Shown here: in pieces, positions 55,687 to 64,000 of the stretch | Layout: the number at the start of each line of letters is the position of its first letter | Numbering within the stretch: the stretch's first letter is position 1 | NCBI GenBank assembly: GCA_030432755.1 | Contig: JAUILZ010000001.1 | Location: forward strand, 203,388-267,387 | Direction: 5' to 3' | Origin: Gammaproteobacteria bacterium | GTDB lineage: Bacteria; Pseudomonadota; Gammaproteobacteria; Arenicellales; Poriferihabitantaceae | Length of the DNA: 64,000 nt | Made by a program: the position numbers and the translations under genes | The notes under the pieces: model-generated | Told to the model about the DNA's origin: nothing | The model's input: only the letters and a program-made list of their open reading frames with translations | Databases searched by the model: none

Positions 55687-57561
55687 ATGCTCGACACCCT
55701 GCTCACCCTGAGCCGTCCGAAAAAGCGCATCCTGATGATGTGCGCGGACGTGGTGCTGGTGATGCTCGCCCTCACGGTGGCCCATTCGCTGCGCGCGAAC
55801 CGGTTCTACCTGCCGTTCGGTGACGAGATCTGGCTCTGGCTGGTGGCGCCGTTCATCGCCCTGCCGGTGTTCCTGCTGTTCGGCCTCTACCAGACCGTGA
55901 TCCGCTACATCGGCTTCAGCTCGCTGTGGCGCGTCTTCCAGGCCATCAGCCTCTACGCCCTGCTTTGGGGCGTGGTGACCTTCATGTCCGGGTGGAACCT
56001 GACGCCACGCTCTGTGGTGGTCATCAACTGGCTGGTCTGCCTGCTGCTGGTTGCCGGCGCGCGCATGGTGGCGCGCTGGATCCTGACCTACCACGCCCCG
56101 GGTTTCCTCGGCGCGGAACGGGACATCCGCCGCAACGTGGTGATTTACGGCGCCGGGGCCGCGGGGATGCAGCTCGCTATCGCGACCTCGTTCAGCAACG
56201 ACATGCGCCCGGTGGGCTTCGTCGATGACGACCCGCTACTGGTGAACCAGCAGGTCAACGGCCTCAGGGTCTATCACCCCGACCAGCTCGAACGCCTGAT
56301 CCGCGAGTACGGCGTGCGCGAGGTACTCCTCGCGATCCCCTCCGCGAGCCAGGGGCGGCGCCACGAGATCCTCTCCGCCCTGGAGCATTTTCCGGTGCAG
56401 GTCCAGACCCTGCCGGATATCTCCGAGCTGGAGACCTGCGAGGTCGATCTCGAGGACGTGCGCGACATCGATATCGGCGACCTGCTCGACCGCGACCCGG
56501 TGGCACCGGTGGAGGGCCTGCTGCATGCCAACATCGCCGGCAAGGTGGTCATGGTCACGGGCGCAGGCGGCTCCATCGGCTCCGAGCTGTGCCGCCAGAT
56601 CAGCCATCTCGGTGTGCGCAAGCTGGTGTTGTTCGATAACAGCGAGTTCAACCTCTACCGCCTCGAACGCGAGCTGGACGAATCGGGCCGGCCCTATGTC
56701 TCCGTGCTGGGCTCCGTGATGGACCAGGGCGCCGTGGAGCATGTCTGCCGCGCCAATGGCGTGCAGACCATCTACCACGCCGCGGCCTATAAACACGTGC
56801 CGCTGGTGGAGAACAACGCCGCCATGGGCGCCGCCAACAACATCTTCGGCACCCGCGCCTGCGCCCTCGCGGCGATGAATACCGGTGTCGGGACCTTCGT
56901 CCTCATCTCCACCGACAAGGCGGTGCGCCCCACCAACGTGATGGGCGCGAGCAAGCGCCTGGCGGAACTGGTACTACAGGACCTCAGCCGGCGGAAGGAC
57001 TGCGCCACGCGCTTTACCATGGTGCGTTTCGGCAACGTGCTCGACTCCTCGGGCTCGGTGGTGCCGCTGTTCCGCGAGCAGATCCGCAAGGGCGGCCCGG
57101 TAACGGTGACCCATCCGGAGATCATCCGTTACTTCATGACCATCCGCGAAGCTACCCAGCTCGTGTTGCAGGCGGGAGCGATGGGGCAGGGCGGCGACGT
57201 GTTCGTGCTCGACATGGGCGAACCGGTGAAGATCCTCGGCCTTGCGCGCAAGATGATTCACCTGAGCGGGTTCAGCGTGCGTGACGCCAATAACCCGGGC
57301 GGCGACATCGAGATACGCTTCACCGGGTTGCGCGCCGGCGAGAAGCTCTACGAGGAACTTTTGGTGACGGATTCCGCGGTTGCCACCCGCCACGAACTGA
57401 TCATGCGCGAGAACGAGGCGGGCAGCACGCTCGGCGGTCTCGCCGCCTGCCTGGAGAAGCTCGAGCGCGCGATCCGCGTCTCCGACAACGCCCAGGTGCG
57501 AGTCCTTTTATTTGATATGGTGGAGTCCTATAATCCGGCCGCAACCGAAATGGCGAGCTGA
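55687..57561 (+). CDS. polysaccharide biosynthesis nucleoside-diphosphate sugar epimerase/dehydratase (CapD/PglF/WbpM-like)
   Basis: N-terminal TM region, VMVTGAGGSIGSELCRQI, STDKAVRPTNVMGASKRLAE. Confidence 0.93.
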   Translation: MLDTLLTLSRPKKRILMMCADVVLVMLALTVAHSLRANRFYLPFGDEIWLWLVAPFIALPVFLLFGLYQTVIRYIGFSSLWRVFQAISLYALLWGVVTFMSGWNLTPRSVVVINWLVCLLLVAGARMVARWILTYHAPGFLGAERDIRRNVVIYGAGAAGMQLAIATSFSNDMRPVGFVDDDPLLVNQQVNGLRVYHPDQLERLIREYGVREVLLAIPSASQGRRHEILSALEHFPVQVQTLPDISELETCEVDLEDVRDIDIGDLLDRDPVAPVEGLLHANIAGKVVMVTGAGGSIGSELCRQISHLGVRKLVLFDNSEFNLYRLERELDESGRPYVSVLGSVMDQGAVEHVCRANGVQTIYHAAAYKHVPLVENNAAMGAANNIFGTRACALAAMNTGVGTFVLISTDKAVRPTNVMGASKRLAELVLQDLSRRKDCATRFTMVRFGNVLDSSGSVVPLFREQIRKGGPVTVTHPEIIRYFMTIREATQLVLQAGAMGQGGDVFVLDMGEPVKILGLARKMIHLSGFSVRDANNPGGDIEIRFTGLRAGEKLYEELLVTDSAVATRHELIMRENEAGSTLGGLAACLEKLERAIRVSDNAQVRVLLFDMVESYNPAATEMAS

Positions 57562-57627
57562 CGCAGCGACGCAGGAGCCTGTCCCGGGCGTCGGCGGCCT
57601 CGCCCCATCTCCCAGGTCCCATCCCCC

Positions 57628-58719
57628 TTGGCCATCACCGAATTTTACCTGCATATCGCCTTTGGCTTCGTCCTGACGGTGATTGCAACGGTGATCACCT
57701 GGGCCATGCTCAAGCATGGCCGGATCCTCGACCACCCCAATCACCGCTCGTCGCACAGTCGCGCGGTGCCAAAGTCCGGCGGCATCTCAATCGTCGTCAC
57801 CTTCCTGATCGGCATGTGCTACATCATGCTGTTCGCGTCCCCGGACCTTGTAAACCAGGAATTTACCTACGGCTTCGTGTTCTCGTCGCTGTTGATCGCG
57901 CTGATCTCTTTCGTTGACGACGTCTGGGAGAAGAGCGCGCGATTCAAGCTGGTGACGCATTTCGTGGCGGTGGCGGTGGTGCTGTACACGGGCATCGTCA
58001 TCGATTCCCTGACCCTGCCCTGGGTGGGCCGTGTGGACATGGAGTGGCTTGGCTTCATCCTGTCGGCCATCTGGATCCTCGGGCTGACCAATGCCTGCAA
58101 TTTCATGGACGGCATCGACGGCCTGGTGGGCAGCACCGCGCTGATCGCGGCAATGTATTTCATGGCGATCAGCTACTACGAGGGCAGCACCTTCGTCTAC
58201 ATCACCGGCTACACCATCATCGCCGGCTGCGTGGGATTCCTGATCTACAACGCGCCACCGGCGAAGATCTTCATGGGCGACGTGGGCAGCGCCTTCCTCG
58301 GCTTCGTGTTCGCCACCCTGGCCATCATCGCCGCGCGCTACGACTCGTCGCGCACCTCGTTCCTGGTGATGCCGATGCTGCTGTTCCATTTCATCTACGA
58401 CACCCTGTTCACCTTCGTTCGCCGCCTGCTGCGCGGCGAGAACGCGCTCCAGGCCCATCGCACCCACCTGTACCAGTTGCTGGTGCGCAGCGGATACAGC
58501 CACCTAGAGGTGACACTGCTGCTCTCCTGCATGGCCTTTCTCCAGGGACTCGGCGCCATCTGGATGGTAAACATTCCCGGCAACGAGCGCCTCTACGTGT
58601 TCATTCCCTTCCTCCTGATCCAGATCATCTATTCCCACCTGACGCTCAAGCGCGCGCGCAAGGCAGGGGTGAGCCTGGGTGACAATCATTCCTGCCATCC
58701 CCGGCGGCAGAGCGGCTAG
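57628..58719 (+). CDS. WecA/MraY-family UDP-GlcNAc:undecaprenyl-P glycosylphosphotransferase
   Basis: DHPNHRSSHSRAVPKSGGISI; NACNFMDGIDGLVG; KIFMGDVGSAFLGF; probable TTG start. Confidence 0.9.
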   Translation: MAITEFYLHIAFGFVLTVIATVITWAMLKHGRILDHPNHRSSHSRAVPKSGGISIVVTFLIGMCYIMLFASPDLVNQEFTYGFVFSSLLIALISFVDDVWEKSARFKLVTHFVAVAVVLYTGIVIDSLTLPWVGRVDMEWLGFILSAIWILGLTNACNFMDGIDGLVGSTALIAAMYFMAISYYEGSTFVYITGYTIIAGCVGFLIYNAPPAKIFMGDVGSAFLGFVFATLAIIAARYDSSRTSFLVMPMLLFHFIYDTLFTFVRRLLRGENALQAHRTHLYQLLVRSGYSHLEVTLLLSCMAFLQGLGAIWMVNIPGNERLYVFIPFLLIQIIYSHLTLKRARKAGVSLGDNHSCHPRRQSG

Positions 58720-58734
58720 GCTGGACCGCGCGAG

Positions 58735-59700
58735 ATGACTACCAGGATCTTCGTCGCCGGCCATCGGGGCATGGTGGGTTCCGCCATCTGCCGCCGACTG
58801 GCGCGGGATGACGGTGTCGAGGTCGTGACCCGGACGAGAGGCGAACTGGATCTCACCGACCAGCGCGCCGTGCCGGAATTTTTTGCCAGTGAACCAGTCG
58901 ACCAGGTGATCCTGGCCGCGGCGAAGGTGGGCGGCATCCACGCCAACAATACCTTTCCCGCGGATTTCATTTACGAGAACCTGGCGATCCAGAACAATGT
59001 GATCCACGGCGCCTTCCGCGCCGGTATCGAGAGACTGTTGTTCCTTGGTTCCTCCTGCATCTATCCGCGCGACGCAGATCAGCCCATGGCGGAAGAGGCG
59101 TTGCTGACGGGGCCACTGGAGCCCACCAACGAACCCTACGCCGTCGCCAAGATCGCGGGCATCAAGCTCTGTGAATCCCTGAACCGGCAACATGGCACCG
59201 ACTACCGCGCGGTGATGCCCACCAATCTCTATGGCATCCACGACAACTTTCATCCCGAGAACAGCCACGTGATCCCGGCGCTGATGCGCCGCTTCCACGA
59301 GGCCACGATGTCAGGAGCGGAAAAGGTCACCGTCTGGGGCAGTGGCAACGCGATGCGTGAATTCCTGTACGTCGATGACATGGCCGACGCCTGCGTGTTC
59401 GTTTTGAACCTGCCGCGAGATGACCTTGACCGTGTGGTGCTCCCGAACCGGTCCCATCTCAACGTCGGTACCGGCGAGGATGTCACCATCCGCGAACTGG
59501 CGGAGACCATGGCCCGGGTGACCGGATTCCGCGGCGATGTCGAGTTCGATCACAGCAAACCCGATGGCGCGCCGCGCAAGTTACTCGACGTGAGCCGTAC
59601 GACGGGCCTCGGCTGGCGTTACCAGATACCGCTTGAGAAAGGACTCGAGCAGACTTACGCATGGTACCGCGAGCACGAGGAGCAACTGCGCGTCTCGTGA
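58735..59700 (+). CDS. fcl: GDP-L-fucose synthase
   Basis: [18 protein letters not shown]; [24 protein letters not shown]; [16 protein letters not shown]. Confidence 0.93.
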   Translation: MTTRIFVAGHRGMVGSAICRRLARDDGVEVVTRTRGELDLTDQRAVPEFFASEPVDQVILAAAKVGGIHANNTFPADFIYENLAIQNNVIHGAFRAGIERLLFLGSSCIYPRDADQPMAEEALLTGPLEPTNEPYAVAKIAGIKLCESLNRQHGTDYRAVMPTNLYGIHDNFHPENSHVIPALMRRFHEATMSGAEKVTVWGSGNAMREFLYVDDMADACVFVLNLPRDDLDRVVLPNRSHLNVGTGEDVTIRELAETMARVTGFRGDVEFDHSKPDGAPRKLLDVSRTTGLGWRYQIPLEKGLEQTYAWYREHEEQLRVS

Positions 59701-59742
59701 GGGGATGAACCGCCCGCTGACGACATCCCGTTGCAGCGGACG

Positions 59743-59758
59743 CGTGATTTAGATCACA
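59743..59758. promoter_or_regulatory. CRP/FNR-superfamily-like operator
   Basis: CGTGATTTAGATCACA contains GTGA-N6-TCAC. Confidence 0.55.
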
Positions 59759-59844
59759 GAACGGGTCAGGGACATGGTGTAAGCTGTCAGACGATCGGGG
59801 ATTGAGCAATCCCGGTTGCAAATGGACACCTGGAGGGTAGCACC

Positions 59845-61062
59845 ATGTTGAATCACCGCTCGTTCCATCTGCTGGCGGCTATTCTGATCTGCTTTTTCGC
59901 CGGGACGGCATCAGCCAAAACCATCCACGTGCAACTCTGGGGCGTTCCGGCGCCAGGTTGCGGCAGTAAGTCGACTCCCTGCTCGAGTATATACGGCGCG
60001 CTCAACGTTGCCGGCAAGAACGATCGCATCATCGTTGGCCCGGGCGAATACGTCGGCAGCTATGACATCCAGGTTGAAGGGCTCAGGCTGGAATCCGCCG
60101 AGGGGCCCCACGCCACCATCCTGCGATCGCTGGACGAGGCGCTGGACGTCATCAGGATATCCCAGCACAAGGTGCGCATCGGGCGCCGGGGCAAGGGTTT
60201 GACCATCGTTGGCGCGACCTCAGCTTCCGGCGTGGAAGTGACCTTGCCATCATTCGACCGCACCCGGGTGGAGGGTAATGTATTCATAGGAAACTCCCGC
60301 GGAATCTGGCTGGAAGGATCCAGGGCGGTGGCGCGTCACAACCTGATCCTGGACTCTATTGCAATGGGAATCTACCTGCACAACGCGCCGTCGGGCCTGG
60401 TTAGCGATAACCGTCTTTTCCAGGCTGGAGGTGACGGCATCCGGTTGAACGAGAGCCATACGGTCAACGTGCAGAACAACCTGGTATACGGCGCAGCTTT
60501 AGCCATAGGAGTGGTTTACGGGACAGCCGGTAGCCGGATCCGAAACAACGCCGTGCTGGGTGGCAGCGAAGGCTCTCCGTACGGTATCGCCACCAGCAAT
60601 ATCGAAGACTTGCTGATCGACGGAAATATCGCATCGGGAGGTCACGTGGGGTATCAGTTGTTCAACGATGTGGCTCAAACCATTACGTCCGTGGTTCGCA
60701 ACAATGCCGCGGTGGGAACAACGGGAGACGGGTTTGAATTGACGGGTTTTGGCAGCTCGCACCCTCCCTTCGCGGTTCGGTTTGACAACAATACGGGCGT
60801 AAGCACGGGAGGCAGCGGGCTCAAGCTGGAGTACCAGTCCGGTATCAACAGCGCGCGGGGGAACAACCTGTATGATAACGACACTCATGCAATCGACAAC
60901 ACCACCGCTTCGAGCGTACTTCTGAAGAAAACCTACTACGGCCTGGTAAATGGCGTGCCCAGCTTCGTCTACAGCAGCACCAGCGGGGCCATCGATCCGG
61001 CGAGCACGGAGGCCAAAAAGCCAAATCGGTTCCGTGCCCGCAGGGCGGCGAAGCTGATGTAG
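59845..61062 (+). CDS. secreted right-handed parallel beta-helix protein (paralog 3)
   Basis: Signal peptide; TIHVQLWGVPAPGCGSKSTPCSSIYGAL head; coil repeats; FRARRAAKLM tail. Confidence 0.85.
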   Translation: MLNHRSFHLLAAILICFFAGTASAKTIHVQLWGVPAPGCGSKSTPCSSIYGALNVAGKNDRIIVGPGEYVGSYDIQVEGLRLESAEGPHATILRSLDEALDVIRISQHKVRIGRRGKGLTIVGATSASGVEVTLPSFDRTRVEGNVFIGNSRGIWLEGSRAVARHNLILDSIAMGIYLHNAPSGLVSDNRLFQAGGDGIRLNESHTVNVQNNLVYGAALAIGVVYGTAGSRIRNNAVLGGSEGSPYGIATSNIEDLLIDGNIASGGHVGYQLFNDVAQTITSVVRNNAAVGTTGDGFELTGFGSSHPPFAVRFDNNTGVSTGGSGLKLEYQSGINSARGNNLYDNDTHAIDNTTASSVLLKKTYYGLVNGVPSFVYSSTSGAIDPASTEAKKPNRFRARRAAKLM

Positions 61063-61237
61063 GAACGTCCGCATTCAGCTCTGAACGCAAAGTATCGCGA
61101 TCAGGGTGAGCGGAACCTCCTGAGGGTTCTTCGAAGGCGCGGAATGGCGCTCTTGCCGTCGGCCGGCGAAATGCTACACTGCGCACTCGCCAGGGCGTTC
61201 ACTGGCGCATGGTCTGCTTCATTTCGGAGATTTGGGT

Positions 61238-62458
61238 ATGCGCGTTATCTGCCTTGTTCGCCTGGGCATTGCCCTGGCACTCGTCTTCCTTCAACTTCCC
61301 GCCGGGGCGAAAACCATCTACGTCGAGAAATGGGGTGGACCTGCCCCGGGTTGTGGCAGCAAGCTGCTACCCTGTGGTGGAGTTTCCAGCGCGCTGTTCG
61401 ATGCCCGCAGGAACGACAGGATCATCGTGGGCCCCGGGAGTTTCACGGGCAACTACGACATCAACGTTGAAGGACTCCGCCTTGAGTCCGCTCATGGACC
61501 AAATGTCACCATCTTGCGCGCCAATGGCGGTATCGGCAGGATCATCGGAGTCAACCAGAGGAATATCCGCATAGGCCGGACTGGCAGGGGGCTGACGTTT
61601 GCGTTTGCCAACGGTAGTGCGACCGCTTCCGGCGTGCAGGAAGTTTCACCCCAGGTGACCGGGACGCGGGTCGAAGGCAACGTGTTCATCAGCAACAACT
61701 ACGGCATCTGGTTGCTTGGCGAGAACAGCCTGGTAAGAAACAACCTGCTGCAGGACAGCGGGATCGCCGGCATCTATGTCGAGACGGGCAGCCAGGTCCA
61801 GGTGCGTGACAACCGGATCATTCAGCAGGCTGGCATGGGTATCGGCCTGGGTAGCGTCGCGAGCGCCATCGTGCAGAACAATTTCATCAGTGGAGCAAAC
61901 AAGGGAATCCTGGTGTATTCCGGTTCCCACGGAAACCGGCTCCTCGCCAATGCCATCGTCAACGGGAAGGGGGTCAACCCGGCTGCCATACAGGTCGAGA
62001 ATGTCCAGGGCACCCGGGTGGACGGAAACGTTGCCACCATGGGCACCTGGGGGGTCATCGCACAGCAGGTCGCTGGTGGACAAATCGACCCGTTGTACGT
62101 CGTCAACAATGCCGTGGTGGCGAACCTTGCCGGGATCGTTCTCAACAGCTCGGTCGCGAACGTCTACGATGCCAGGATCGAGAACAACATGGGTTACTCA
62201 AATGCAATCTATGGAGTCGATATCCAGGGAAGCGCGCGTCCGTCGTCCATAGCACGAAACAACCTGGTGGGTGTTGCAACCGCGAGTCTGCGGAACGCGA
62301 CCGCGACGACGCTCGAGCACAGGCAATCCTTCCTCGGATTGTATGGTGGCAGTCCGGGCATCGAGTACACGGCACCCCAGGGCGTGTTCAGCGCCACCAG
62401 TACCGAGGCCACCAGGCCCAACCCGTTCAAGGCGGCCCGGGCGGCGCGGATGATGTAG
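61238..62458 (+). CDS. secreted right-handed parallel beta-helix protein (paralog 4)
   Basis: Signal peptide; TIYVEKWGGPAPGCGSKLLPCGGVSSAL head; coil repeats; FKAARAARMM tail. Confidence 0.85.
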   Translation: MRVICLVRLGIALALVFLQLPAGAKTIYVEKWGGPAPGCGSKLLPCGGVSSALFDARRNDRIIVGPGSFTGNYDINVEGLRLESAHGPNVTILRANGGIGRIIGVNQRNIRIGRTGRGLTFAFANGSATASGVQEVSPQVTGTRVEGNVFISNNYGIWLLGENSLVRNNLLQDSGIAGIYVETGSQVQVRDNRIIQQAGMGIGLGSVASAIVQNNFISGANKGILVYSGSHGNRLLANAIVNGKGVNPAAIQVENVQGTRVDGNVATMGTWGVIAQQVAGGQIDPLYVVNNAVVANLAGIVLNSSVANVYDARIENNMGYSNAIYGVDIQGSARPSSIARNNLVGVATASLRNATATTLEHRQSFLGLYGGSPGIEYTAPQGVFSATSTEATRPNPFKAARAARMM

Positions 62459-62466
62459 CCCGCGGG

Positions 62467-62898
62467 CTATTCCCAGGGATTGCTGTCCCGCCCTTCGGTG
62501 AACTTCGGCAGGTCGTCGTCCACGTCGTCCCAGTTGGCCCTGAAGTCCATGAACACGTGGGCGTCCGGGCGCTCCGCGATGTCGGTATCCAGGGTGCCGA
62601 GAGAGAACTCGACCAGTCCCTCGCCGCCGGAGGACGGCGCGAAGGTCATGCTGGATCCGCAGGTGCGGCAGAACCGGCGGGTGGTGCCATTGGTTGCAAC
62701 GTAGCTTTCGAGGAGACCCTCGCCACTGGTCCAGCGGAAGTTCTCCAGTTTCGCCTCGCCAAAGGTTGATCGCGCTGCGCCGTGGAACTTGCGGCACATG
62801 ATGCAGTGGCACTGGGCCATGTGGGGCTCGAGCCGGTCCACTTCGTAGGTCACTGCGCCGCAGAGGCAGCTGCCGCGGTAGGGTGCCTGGTTGGTCAT
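62467..62898 (-). CDS. GFA (glutathione-dependent formaldehyde-activating-like) family protein
   Basis: GSCLCGAVTYEVDRLEPHMAQCHCIMCRKFHGA; FCRTCGSSM. Confidence 0.9.
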   Translation of the reverse strand: MTNQAPYRGSCLCGAVTYEVDRLEPHMAQCHCIMCRKFHGAARSTFGEAKLENFRWTSGEGLLESYVATNGTTRRFCRTCGSSMTFAPSSGGEGLVEFSLGTLDTDIAERPDAHVFMDFRANWDDVDDDLPKFTEGRDSNPWE

Positions 62899-62914
62899 CG
62901 AAGTTTCCTGTAGT

Positions 62915-63283
62915 TCAGGTACTGGTGTCGCTGGTGAAGGTCAAGCGGTTGCCGAAGGGATCGATGACGCTCAGATCCCGCGTACCCCATGGCGTGTTCT
63001 CTATCCTGGGTCGAAGATTGGGATAGCGTTTCGATTGCAATTCGCCGTGCAACGCGTCGATGTCCTCAACGGCGATTCGTATCGCGGCCCCGGGGCAGCA
63101 GTCACCGTGATGCTCCGTGAGATGCAACACGCAGCCGCCACGCGTGACTTGGAGATAGAGCGGCAGGCCTGGTTCGAAGCGATGCTCCCAGTCGACATTG
63201 AAACCGAGATAGCCGACATAGAATGCCTTCGACTTCTCCTCGTCGAATACACGCAGGATGGGGACGGCGGGATCGATCTTCAC
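62915..63283 (-). CDS. glyoxalase/bleomycin resistance superfamily protein
   Basis: VPILRVFDEEKSKAFYVGYLGFNVDWEHRFEPGLPLYLQVTRGGCVLHLTEHHGDC; VIDPFGNRLTF. Confidence 0.88.
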   Translation of the reverse strand: MKIDPAVPILRVFDEEKSKAFYVGYLGFNVDWEHRFEPGLPLYLQVTRGGCVLHLTEHHGDCCPGAAIRIAVEDIDALHGELQSKRYPNLRPRIENTPWGTRDLSVIDPFGNRLTFTSDTST

Positions 63284-63354
63284 GGGGTATTGCGGTGAGT
63301 GGCAATCAACACTATGCCATAGACGGCCGTCATACGCCGGGCCCGGTGCGGAGA

Positions 63355-63924
63355 TTACCGGTCTGACGCCACCTGTGAGGCGCCCAACGCTTCCAGCAGG
63401 GTCAGCCGCTCTCCACGGCAGTCCCGCAGGGTGATAGCTCCGGGCTCAGCGGGCGCTCCGAAGTGTACATCCGGATCATCGCCGTCATACCACTCTCGTA
63501 CCAGGGTGACGCTTTCCTTGCAGTAGTTCAGCGCGCCGGCGTCGTGATTGGCGATCAGGAGGAGCGCGCCGTCGAGGGAGAACACCGCCGCCGCGCTGTC
63601 GGGGATGCCTCGGTTGGACAGGCCAACAATGAGCAAGCCGTCAGGTGATGCCACCACGTCGCGGAACCAGAGTCCGGGATGGCTGACGGGCGGGGAGTTC
63701 CCGCTCTCTATTACTACCTCGAAATCCGGTTGCTGCGTACTGCGTGAGGCGTCCACCGACACCACCACCCGGCCGCCGCCGGGCAGGGCGACGACCCGTT
63801 CCTCGCTCTCGAAAGACCAGGAATCCGCCGGTGCCTCCGGCGCGGCCAGGGTCGCCAGACCGAGCGCCAGCGCTACCGCGGTCATCCCGCCGCGCGAATC
63901 CCGGCGGGAGCCGTCAGCGCGCAC
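63355..63924 (-). CDS. hypothetical secreted protein, 189 aa
   Basis: N-terminal signal-like segment MTAVALALGLATLAAPEAPAD; complete ORF. Confidence 0.55.
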   Translation of the reverse strand: MRADGSRRDSRGGMTAVALALGLATLAAPEAPADSWSFESEERVVALPGGGRVVVSVDASRSTQQPDFEVVIESGNSPPVSHPGLWFRDVVASPDGLLIVGLSNRGIPDSAAAVFSLDGALLLIANHDAGALNYCKESVTLVREWYDGDDPDVHFGAPAEPGAITLRDCRGERLTLLEALGASQVASDR

Positions 63925-64000
63925 TGTAGCCAGCGTCCACGGGCACCAGCGCCCCGGTCATGTAGCTCGCGGCGTCCGAGGCGAGGAACAGCACCACCCG
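63914..64000 (-). CDS. short-chain dehydrogenase/reductase, C-terminal end (truncated by window edge)
   Basis: Minus-strand RVVLFLASDAASYMTGALVPVDAGYSAR* is a classical SDR C-terminus. Confidence 0.85.
   Translation of the reverse strand, partial: RVVLFLASDAASYMTGALVPVDAGYSAR

Overview
GC-rich chromosomal window, probably from a gammaproteobacterium (my inference from gene content and codon bias, not tested). It is densely coding and has one tRNA-Ser(CGA). I saw no CRISPR array, prophage or transposase. Main blocks: a Urc1/Urc4-like uracil-catabolism pair; an AAA+ ATPase; Lrp, LysE, Sir2 and SQR-like genes; a DUF1989 / polysaccharide deacetylase / branched-chain-type ABC transporter block; SodB; an unusual locus with an Lgt-like protein, an LspA-like protein, a candidate lipoprotein and an 894-aa protein with thioredoxin folds; a glrK-qseG-glrR two-component operon; an EF-hand gene next to a TGTC-N10-GACA site, a sigma-54-like promoter and a highly structured 3' region; CxxCH proteins flanking two universal stress proteins; glycan genes including an APS kinase; a fumarate reductase/succinate dehydrogenase plus fumarase operon; and four paralogous secreted beta-helix proteins in two distant pairs. 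The best candidates for undescribed biology are (1) the Lgt/LspA-like locus at about 20.4-24.9 kb, (2) the GlrR/sigma-54-linked EF-hand gene and structured RNA at 37.7-38.4 kb, and (3) the four-member beta-helix family with a shared Cys head and basic tail.
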